A stretch of DNA of 64,000 nt from contig OZ024742.1 of assembly GCA_964016885.1 (NCBI GenBank), forward strand, positions 173,662,001-173,726,000. Direction: 5' to 3'. Positions 53,222-64,000 of the stretch are shown one piece after another. The notes under the pieces are model-generated. The model had not been told where the DNA came from and ran no database searches. It saw only the letters and a program-made list of their open reading frames with translations. The position numbers were made by a program, and so were the translations under genes. The DNA is from Eledone cirrhosa (lineage: Eukaryota). How positions within the stretch are numbered: the stretch's first letter is position 1; the number at the start of each line of letters is the position of its first letter.

Positions 53222-55500
53222 AACCGAAGTTGCTGTCATCCTCAATGCCCGTAAGTCGGTGATTAATTTCGACGACTCTATTTGGATTAAAAAATCTAAT
53301 AGAACCCCATTCGACGAGAGTATGGGCGCCAGCGATTTTGCGGAGGTTACTGATCTTATCGGCCTTTTGCTTCTTTTCTCTATCAAGGACGAATTCCCCA
53401 ACGTGGGTGGTGGTTTGTACCGTGATGATAGTCTTTTGGCCATGACTAAGTGCGGCCCACGTGCTTGCGACAGGTTCAGAAAAGAATTCACAGCCTTCTT
53501 TAAAGACTTAAACCTCTCTATACATGTTGAGGCCAACCTCTCGGTCGTTAATTAGCTCGACGTTACCCTCAATTTATCGAATGGCTTGTATTACCCGTAT
53601 AGAAAGACGAATGATACGCTTAATTACATAAGTAAGCATTCCAACCATCCTGCCAGCATAACCAAGAACCTGGTAAGAAACGTTTCTTTGGGGCTTTCCG
53701 TCTATCTACAAACGAGCATATTTTCAACGACCATTCCACATATTACAATGAAGCTCTTGCTCGGAGTGGATTTGTCGATAAGGTAGCATATATAGAGTAC
53801 GAGAATAGACCTAGAAGAAATAGATCCCGACGCATTATATGGTATAACCCACCATATAATATGGAGGTGGCCACACCATTAGCTAAGACCTTTCTATCCC
53901 TTATTGTTAAGTATTTTCCCCCTACACATAAATATAGTAAACTTTTTAATAGAAATACTATTAAAATTTCTTACACTACGACTCCTAACCTTGAACATAA
54001 CATCACAATTTCAAATTTAGCTAAACTAACTAGCCATAGGAACACGTGCAGCCCTGGAGTTAGTACTAACTGTAAGTGTTGGAATCGGGTTGATTGCCCC
54101 CTATCCGGGAATTGCCTCTCTAGTAACATTGTCTACAAATGTAAGGTTGAAACACCCACGTCACGTAGGGCCTACATAGGGTTAACCGCCAATAGATTCA
54201 AGCAGCGTCTTTACATGCATACCCATTCTTTTCGTTACCCTCTAAGAAGGAATATGACGTCACTTTCAGCTTATATCTGGAGACTAAAAGACAACCACAT
54301 CCAATATAAGTTACACTGAGAGATCCTAGCTAGAGCTAGATCGTATAACGGAAATAAAAGACCATGTGACCTCTGCGCCACTGAGGCCCTGGAAATACTC
54401 TACGCCACAGACAACATCTTAAACAAAAAATCTGAGGCAATTTCGTCTTGTAAACTTAAATTGCGCAACCCTTTCCTGTATTACAGCCCCACATTATACC
54501 CTAACGGATAGTACGATCTATACGCGGATATTTTACGTCTTGATGTGGTAGCTAAGTATATGTTATGTTTATACCATTACTTATTTGTATAGTTAAGTAT
54601 ATATTACCTGTATGTTTTGTGAAGGTACGTCTACATTCTCGTATGTATATTAGATTTTATATGTTATGGCGTATATTTTATATATTCTGGTACATATGCT
54701 TTTGGTTATGTGTATACGTGAGTTTTGTTTGCGTATGTGAGTATGCGGGTTCGTACGTATGTAGGGTGTGTGTATATGTGTACTTCGTGTTTTGGTTGAC
54801 GTAGTCTCCGAACATTTGTGTATTTACATGTAGGTATGTGTGTGCGCTTGTTATATTTATTTATTTATTTATATACGTTTATTTAATTATTTGTATACAC
54901 ACACACACACACATATTTATATGTGCGTGGATTGTTATACCTATGGCGAGTGTTTTCGAGTATGCTTGTGTATGTACGTATATGGATGCGTGTATGTATT
55001 TATTTAATTTCAATTAGCTCTGTATTTTATTTACTTTATTCTTAACTCTGAAACGGAGAATCATTCGGTTTCCTAGTTAGAATTTTAGTCTACGACTTCA
55101 GTTATACCATTTACGTGGTTTTGTCTTTGGGTGCAATTGTTCTCCACGCTCCACATATGACGTATTATCTTCGTTTTCTTTTCGGCCATTGCCAGAGAAC
55201 GTCTCTATGAACCACCTAACAGAACATTAGTCTATGACTTATTTTATACGCAAACGTGGTTCTGTCTGTGCGTGTAATTGTGTTTCACCGATCCAAAATA
55301 TGACGTATTATATTCGTTTTTTCCCGTTCTTTGCCAGGTAACGTTTCCACGAATCAAAGTATCGTCTTCTGGTCTTCCTCCGGTTGCAACGTTTTTTGAA
55401 ATATTCACTTCTGCGTTCATAGATTGACTTTGTTAGTTTCAGAAGATCCCGTTAAGGGTAAAATTAGCCATACTTTGCTTAAACTTTAATCTGTTATTTT
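53222..55500 (+). mobile_element. Second Naiad-like Penelope element, 5'-truncated; probable family E pLTR at 55080-55500
   Basis: MGASDFAEVTDLIG, GGLYRDDSL, WYNPPY, CKC..CPLSGNC..IVY..YIGLT, CDLC..LNKKSE; coding remnant to 54511; hammerhead-like 55421-55492 has GAAA mutated. Confidence 0.85.
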
Positions 55501-55509
55501 AATAAATAA

Positions 55510-55630
<121 letters not shown>

Positions 55631-55654
55631 TATATATATATATATACATATATA

Positions 55655-56230
55655 TATTGTTATGCTTTGGGAGGATCATGTTGCCAATAAGAAACACGCG
55701 CACCTGTTGTTTCACTTCAATTTATTATAAATTAAATTCATAAATTTAGGAATTAATACATTTCCGGTTGGCTGGATGGTTCCACACCCAGGCGATTGTC
55801 CATATATTGTTAAAGTTCTTTCGTCACACATTATGTGATCTCTTCAGTGACCAGGGATTATTTTCTTTGTTTTTGTGCCTCTCTTTTTTTCAGTCCTACG
55901 CCATCTTGATTTTGAAAAACAAGATGACGTAGGACAGAACAAAGGAGAGGTACAAAAACAAAAAAAATAATCCCCAGTCACTGAAGAGGTCACAAAATGT
56001 GTGACGAAAGAACTTTGACAATATATGAATAATGGTATGGTTGTGGAACCAACCAGCCAACCGGAAATTTATAAATTCCTAAATACATAAATTTAATGCA
56101 TAATAAATTGAAGTGAAACACGTGGTGCGTGTGTTTCTTATTGGCAACATGACCCTCCCAAAGCATAACAATATCGGTTTTAACACACGTTTTCAGAAGA
56201 AAAAATCTTGCTAAACAAATTTAGAAACGA
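55655..56230. repeat. Family G fold-back with hammerheads at 55809-55851 (-, decayed) and 55977-56019 (+)
   Basis: Arms mirror around ~55912; gtca CTGAAGA g gtcaca aaatg tgtgac GAAA gaac TT tgac. Confidence 0.82.
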
Positions 56231-56244
56231 AATATGTATATATG

Positions 56245-56316
<72 letters not shown>

Positions 56317-56678
56317 GGGATGCTTAAAACGTCCGTAAGCGGTAGACCATTTGAGCCCTCGATGTTCATACAGAGTACGAACATACTACACTGCCAATAC
56401 AGAGGAACAAGGCAACAACACACGCGCACACACACACACTAAAGCGAGACAACAACACACGCACACACACACACAGTAACATTTAACAAACAGGCAGAGA
56501 ATGGACTGACAGCCAGCGCCACCCCACTCCTACATTCGGCCGCTGACCTCTGCCCGACCGACCACCTTTCACGCGCACGCGCGCTCTGCTGAATACCTCA
56601 GATATTCAAAACAACAAACAGCGAAGGACGCGTTTCGCACCTTTTCGACAGACAACCTTTCCCCCACCCCGGAAAAAA

Positions 56679-56714
56679 CCCCAGTTGATGGATGTGAATC
56701 CGAAATATATAGGG
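56679..56714 (+). ncRNA. Degenerate minimal hammerhead-like motif
   Basis: ccc CAGTTGA t ggat gtga atcc GAAA tata TA ggg; stems intact but two core substitutions. Confidence 0.4.
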
Positions 56715-56968
56715 ACAATTAAATCTCTCCCAAGGTAACTCTCTCTCGTGTTGTTATTTTTATTTTATCCTTTATACTCTTTCCTTCATTCTTCTACACG
56801 TCTTATACACACCATGCATCTCAACGTACACCCACTTACATCTCTCTCTCTCCACCACCGGATCTTGTTACCCGGAGATTTACCCATTTGTATTGTCGAG
56901 GCTTCCAAACGATTTAAAGATATTTACTTATTATTCCACAATGCTTAAACTCAACTTCAATACTCTCT

Positions 56969-57002
<34 letters not shown>

Positions 57003-57004
<2 letters not shown>

Positions 57005-59830
57005 GTGAAATAGTAACTATTAACAGTACAATAAGGCCTTTATTTACGGCATTAACAGTTGTTTCATTGATTAGGATGTCAAAAGTTTGCGAATCACTCG
57101 AGGTTGTGTCACTAAATCTTAAATACTGTGTATGCCTAATCAAATCATCGGAATAACTGACACAATTACACTCGATGTTTGTATTTTTACTACGGAGAAT
57201 TCAAATAACAACATCAATAATAAAGAAAGAAAAAGAGAAAGAAAATGAAAAAGAAAAAAATAATAATTGTTTCTTCTTTTAGCACAAGGCCAGCAATAAC
57301 CTAGTGCATTACTGGTAGCTTATTTTATCGACCCCGTAAGGGTGAAAAGCAAAGTAAACCAAAAATAATAATAAAGAATTTAGAATGAAGATGTTAAAAA
57401 ATAAGTAAAAAAATATGTGAAATAATATATGAACATAATATGATTGTTGAAAATAGTGGTGGTGGTGGTGGTGGTGGTTAAAATGATAGTGGTGTGTAAG
57501 TATAAAGATGTGATGAGAGTAGTAATATTATTAATATGGAAATAAATATTAAATATATACATATGTATTGGGTAAATCACAGATGGTTAGAGTAGGAAGA
57601 AAGAATATACTAATAAATAACATATAAAAGATAAATTAATAAATTAGAAGTTAGTTTAGAGGTTAGGAGCTACAGGATAGGATATAAGGGAAGAGGTGAC
57701 ATAACTATAGCGAGAGAGAGTGAGAGGAATGAAAGAAAGTGAAATAAAGTTTAGGAGGTTTATGATGTTGATTTAGTGATTAATTGGTCTGTTGACAGTT
57801 AATAATAGTGGGTTGATATGTAGTTATTAAAGTAGACTCCGGGTGTTTCAGCTAGAGTTATGGGATTGTTGGATCGAATCATGTTGGTTTGAAATTTGCG
57901 AATTTAGAAGTTGCATTGTGCCTACAGAAAATTGATCTTTCTATTTTGCTGTTAAGCAGCATTTTGTCATACTTTAAAATAGGGAACGGCTCCATCTTGC
58001 AAAATCCTCAGTGGGATAATCCATTTATGTAGGCCTTTGCACCCGATAATTTCGACCAGCTAATCCTGTATTCTTGGTTTGTATCTTTAAGCTGCCAGAT
58101 TTTATTGGCCGGCGTTCTTGTGTTTTCTAGTCTATGGTTCTTCATAGAATGTCTGTGAACATACCATCTTTTTTAACTACACAACCCGTAGAACCTATGT
58201 GGTGCCATGCTAAGTTGCCCGAATTTATAGTACACAGGTACACTATATTTGACTCTAGGCATCTATTTTGTTATGGGCACTTATCCGGTAAGTGGCAGTT
58301 ACAATTGGAGGCCTTCCTGTGTGCAGGTTCTCCGTTGCGGTTTTGTATGTTGTTATGTATGGGCTGACATTTAGGTCTATTGATGTTTTTTGTGATGCGT
58401 TCTGACGTGTGTGTGGTTGTGATGTTGTTATGTGTTTCTTTTTGTATTTGGTGTTATGGTGTTTGTTTGTAGGTTATTTTCATTAGAGATTCTTCTATAG
58501 TTAATTTTATGTATGTGTGATTCTATATTGGCAGCAGTAGAGTAAGACAGTTTGATAGTTTTTCTGTTAAAGATTTTATGGTATTTGTGAAGGTTAGGGA
58601 AGTGCTTGTCACTTAGTTTAAAGAATGTAGAAGGTAGTTTGTTTTTTTATAGTGGTGTTGAATATTGGATTGAACCATAAGTATTTCCTATCTCTGGATT
58701 TTCTTTAGTTCCTAGGAGCCCTTATATTAATATTAGGTTCAGTTATTTCTGGTGCTCGTTGTCTATTTCTATGTTTAGTCCTATATTTGCTATTTCTATA
58801 AGTGTGGGTGATGTTGCTGTCGTTTGGTGTGTTGTTGTTGTCTCTATTTGGTATGTATTTGAGCCTCTCATTGTGGCCTGCCTTAAGTGAAGCTATGTTA
58901 TAGTAGTTCGTGTGTTCATTAAACATCTCTAGGTTAGAAGTTAAGCGTGATATTCTGAGGGATATACTATGTGCTATGGGGTTAATTATGGAGCGAGTGT
59001 GGTTTGAGTTATAACTAATGTATGCTAGATTTTCGTTATTTTTATGGAAGGGCTCTATTAGTCCCGTGTTTAGATTGAGTGTTACATCTAAGAAGTTAGC
59101 TTTTTTAGAGTTAAGTTCGAAATTGGTGCCTAGGCCTAGTTTATTGAAGAAGATTCTAATGTTTTTACGTAATCTTTCCAGATTTTGATTATTTAGGTTT
59201 TTAGCTAAAAGGAGTGTATCGTCTCTATAAATTCCTCCTTGGAGGTTATTAAATTCCGTATGTAAGTTATCCGCTATATATATTCCAACTATGTCTGTTA
59301 CTTGAGCTGAGTCGCTAGATCCCATAGTGATATCGAAGCATCTTGTTTCGACGGATAAAGTCATTAGTACGCTGTATCAAACCGAGTGTATATTCCCTGT
59401 TTGTAGGTATATGTATGTTTTTTAAGGACATGCCTATGTGGTGTCTTTCCATGTTAGTGCCTTGAGTTAAGGTTGTTGCTCAACCTAGTTGGAGCTGGGT
59501 GTATGGTATAACAAATTATAGTTATAGGTAATCCAGTTAGAGGTTGTGAATAATCTGTATTGTGGATAGTTTTAACGTACAGCGTCGTTTGACTCAAATA
59601 GAAGTTTCCTTAATTAAGTGGCGAGTACACGGGAATTCCCATGCAGGTAAATCTTGGAATAATGATAGTGAAAAGAGTGAAGAATATTATGGTCAACAGT
59701 ACAAAAAGGGTTTTATTTAGAGTATTCACAATTGTTTCATTGATGAGGATGTCTAAATATTGCTAATCACTCCAAGTTGTGTCAGTCAATCTTAAATACA
59801 GTGTATGCCTAAACAAATCATTGTTATACT
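57003..59830 (-). mobile_element. Third Naiad-like Penelope element, flanked by direct pLTR-like repeats (57020-57155 and 59695-59829)
   Basis: ORF 58705-59364 with MGSSDSAQVTDIVG, GGIYRDD and NFLDVTLNL; WFNP, CNC..CP..C..IVY..HIGST and CRH downstream; repeats carry a long-stem-II hammerhead-like motif. Confidence 0.82.
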
Positions 59831-59971
59831 TGGGGAGAATCATATTATTGTAATATTACCAGAAATAATAACAGAACACACTCACTCTTTGGTTGGTTTT
59901 TCGCTTCTGTATCTTTTGTAACTCGATATTTCTGGCAATGGTATTACAACAATATGACCCTCCCCGAGTAT
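59827..59971. repeat. Small fold-back with ~40 bp arms
   Basis: tacttggggagaatcatatt..ccagaaata / tatttctgg..aatatgaccctccccgagta. Confidence 0.6.
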
Positions 59972-59983
59972 AAATATATATAT

Positions 59984-60035
<52 letters not shown>

Positions 60036-60127
60036 AATGAGTTATTTGGTTTGTTTATTCGACAAAGTTAATTTACAACATATTAGAAGCACTAAACTGT
60101 TTTTCCGGAGTATCATTAATATCAATA

Positions 60128-60456
60128 GTATTAATAAATGGAAAATATCTTTATACGTATTTCAAGGGTACTAATATTTTAGTAGGCTTTTGTCGGATAA
60201 AATACAATAATCAGTGTAAAGATGGTGACATAACTAAGAGATAGTGACATATCTAAGAGAGTGACATATCTTCATGTGAACTTCGTGTTATAAGTTCATT
60301 GAACTTATAACAAAAAGTTCACATGAAGATATGTCACTAAATTTACACCAATTATTGTATTTTATCTGGCGAAAGCGTTCTAAAATAGTAATACCCTTGA
60401 AATACGTATAATAAAATAGATATGGTTTTATAAAGATATTTTCCTTTTATTAATAT
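60128..60456. repeat. Fold-back (family J) with hammerhead-like motif at 60359-60417 (+)
   Basis: Mirror centre at ~60299; attttat CTGGCGA aagcgt..accctt GAAA tacgta TA ataaaat; 7 bp stem I and palindromic stem III; A6 mutated. Confidence 0.7.
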
Positions 60457-60536
60457 TATATTTATTTATATATATTTGATATATATTTACCCTTATCGAG
60501 CCCTCTTTGGATTTTAGTCTTCAAATGTATTATTAT

Positions 60537-60647
<111 letters not shown>

Positions 60648-60784
60648 CACCCGTTTTACGTGTGTTGTGTTGAGGCAATTAACTATGTGTATACTCTGGT
60701 AATGTATCTTACATTGCCCATTGAGTGCGCTGAGATACAACCGGTACTGGCATTAATAAATATGCTGGGTCCGTCAGCCCTTAT

Positions 60785-60880
<96 letters not shown>

Positions 60881-61106
60881 GTGCCACAATTATATTAAGG
60901 CCGTCATGTCTGAGTATATCATAACCATGCGCCATGTGACCTGTAGAATATGCTCAAAGATTCCAAGTAGTGTATATATATATATATAACCAATGATTAG
61001 TATGGTTCGTTGATTACTCAACGAATACAATATTACAATAGATTAGAAGCACTCAACAGGACATTTTCTTGGAGTTTTTAATATTATTCAAAATGCTAAC
61101 AAAAGA

Positions 61107-61350
61107 AAAATATTCTCATAATCAAAATATATATATTTTATTATACATATTTCAAAGGTACAATGGTGTTTAAGTACGTCTTCATTAGACAAAATATCTG
61201 ATTTGATATGTGACATACCGCTACGGTTTTAATCATTCAATTCCAGTATTGGCAAATCATATATTGTGTACGATGAAAATGTACTTAAACACAATATTAC
61301 CTTTGAAATATGTATAATAAAGTATATATTTTGATTATGATAATATTTTT
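61107..61350. repeat. Related family J fold-back with decayed hammerheads (61134-61196 -, 61263-61323 +)
   Basis: Cores CTAATGA and ACGATGA, each followed by ..ccttt GAAA tatgta TA ataaa. Confidence 0.6.
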
Positions 61351-64000
61351 CAAGTATATATTTTGATTATGATAATATTTTTTTGAATAATATATATATA
61401 TTATTATTATTATTAATACAATAACAGGAGGCTCGACTGGTGTAAATCCTTGAAAGGTTTATTATACTATGATCATTTCAATGACCGGGTTTCGTATGAA
61501 TCCGGTGATATCATCAGGTATTCGAAATATAACAAAGGAATATATAAAAATCTATGTGTCCGAAAATCAGAGACAGAGAGGACGACTCACCAACTAGCTG
61601 TTTTCACCTCGGTCAGTCGCCCTCAAGTGATGGCTATTCGGTCTACTAATGACCATCTGGTGAAGAGGCGAAGGCTTAAAGTGTACTACCACCTTTCCGT
61701 CAGAGAATAAAAAAAGAGAAGAAAGAAAGAAAGAAAAAAAGTCAGCGTAAGTGTCACACTACAGTCAGGCAGGAAAACGCCGCGAAAAATGTTATACCAA
61801 AGAACCTATATTTTAACAAAGGCATATATAATGGGTGTATGTATGGTCAAATGTGTGAACATAAAAATTGGAACGTTAACTTATGTTAAGAGTTAAAGGA
61901 TGAAATTAAATTAAAAGTTTAAAAAATTAAGAGTTAAAAGAAATGCTTTAAATAATTAGAAAATTAATATAAAATTAAAGGTTTGTGTTGTGGCATTTAT
62001 TTAATGAAACTACAGAAAGAGTCTGATATGAAAAAGTTTAAGTGTATTATTGGGAATCCCTATACGTTATCAAGGTGGGATATAGAGTAAAGATTAAAGC
62101 CTTCGATTGTAAATCTTAGCCAGCACCTCCTAACCACCTGTCAGCCAGTTTCGAGTGGTATCGTCTAGCGAAAGAAATGGAAATTAATTTTTCCGAGTAC
62201 TCTAGGAACGTGACTGCCATAGCCTTCGAGTGTGCTAGCGGGAAGTCTACCATCTTCGACAGACCATCGTCTATACCAAACGAATATTATTAATTCACAC
62301 AGGAGGGGTTTATTTACGTGCCAGTAGAGGGAGGCATGATACAGCTAACATTTATGCCTAAGCCCAGAGTTTAGAAGTATAAGTATAATATGGCGGTCAA
62401 AACAGGCGGCGCGGCGGGCTCCGGGGCAAATCCAACCGTTCCGAGTAATTTCATTTACCGAAAGAGGGGAAATTTATTTTTCCAAACACTCAAGGAAGGC
62501 TGAACTTTCCGAGCGCCCGGCGCACAAACGGGAAAGCCACAACATCAGTCAAAAGTGGTAAAAACCAATGAAAATAGACTATAATTATTTTTAAATCCCA
62601 GTTAGTCCGGGTTATAAGTAGTGTGGTTCTTTGGTGGCTAGGGAACTATGAAAGATGCATAAAGACCTGAGTAAGGAATAATAAGCAGAAAATCACAAAT
62701 AAATAAAAGCAGGATACAAAGATACATTAATAAAGTAAAAAGTAAAATACATAAATAAATAAAACGCTGTCATAATGATGTAGTGAGACGGAGGAAATAT
62801 ATGAGAACATATCGGAGGAATCAAAGCAAAGGGTAAATACAAAATAGATCAAGTTGCAGTAAGATAATACAAGGTTATACATATAGATATAGAGGATGGA
62901 AGATATGGAATGGTATCAGGTGGTACCTAGTGTAAGTTCGGGTCCCAGAACTTCAGTGTGAATCAGAAAAAGCCCTGAAGTATAGAGTAGAGAGTTCAGT
63001 AAATACAATACATGTTTAAACATAATACGTAGAATTTTGTCGGAATCCGAATATTACCGACAAGGAAGCAGCATTGGATCGGGTGGGCGATAGACAAAGC
63101 ACAGAGCAGCCAAAATCCGAATGGTAAGTAGATCAGTTAATCCCATGCTGCCAATAGCTGTACACTGAAGTCAGTGCCGCTGTTCAATATTACATCCTGT
63201 TATTTTATTCATAATAATTAATTCCGTATTCGCACGACCAACTACACAAACGAAGACGGGTTAACTGCACTACGTTGAGTACTTTCCATAATATTGCATC
63301 AAGATTGACCATTCAGAATGACCAATTATATCCGGTAGTGAACCAACAAACCTAAATATATATATATATATAAGTATTAAAGTTTCCGTTGAAAATTGAA
63401 AATGTCAGAGGAATGAAGAGTGCTTTATGTAAGTTACAGAGCTAAATATTTAATGTATAATAAACAATACAATATAATTACCTCATTACCAAAGGTTTCC
63501 CGAATAAGATACAAGAAACGTCCGCATTCGTTCGTCAGACAAGGCAATTTAAATCATAGTGAAATATTTTAAAAACCTTTTCAAGAAAGGCTAAAGGTTT
63601 AACGGGCAAAAAATAAATAAAAGTAATAATACAAGAAATGTATAAAAAATAAAAATCAAGAAATATAGTAAGGGGACGTGTACATATGTGTGTATGTACA
63701 TATGTGTGTACATATATGTGTATGTACAACTGCATGTGTATAGTGAAAAAATGTGTGCGCAAGAACATACATGGGGGCAAACATATTAGTGTATGTGTGA
63801 CCACAAATACATATATATATATATGGTGAAAATAGAAATTGTAACATAATAGAGTTAGCGTACATAGAGACTTAGTATACACATACACACACGCACAACC
63901 ACATACATGTATGTGATATATACAGGGAAGGGAGTGTATAAAGTCAACGCAGTGTCAGACGAAGGTCGATACAAATATAAAATATGACGAATAAATGTAT

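Overview
This is gene-free, AT-rich eukaryotic repeat DNA; the SINEs and microsatellite load suggest a coleoid cephalopod, probably Octopus (inference). No host gene is supported. Positions 1-17,040 are a nest of non-LTR retrotransposons. Three Tx1-like (L1-clade) copies alternate with three R4/Dong-like RLE copies, and almost every junction is a (TAA)n/(TTA)n tract, with the two clades in opposite orientation to the tract. From 17.3 kb onward the window holds four decayed Penelope-like (GIY-YIG) elements, tRNA-derived SINEs, an RTE fragment, a fourth Tx1 relic, and many short non-coding tandem or fold-back repeats sitting in (TA)n tracts. The main signal is that these short repeats carry type I hammerhead ribozyme motifs. 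By eye I count about 30 motifs, intact to decayed, in roughly 11 sequence families or subfamilies. They include 420-470 bp and ~150 bp tandem arrays with one ribozyme per unit (retrozyme-like), U3-A8 core variants, a recurrent U-U pair at 10.1/11.1, and a uniform 5'-to-5' fold-back polarity. All structures were folded by eye; activity and novelty are untested.
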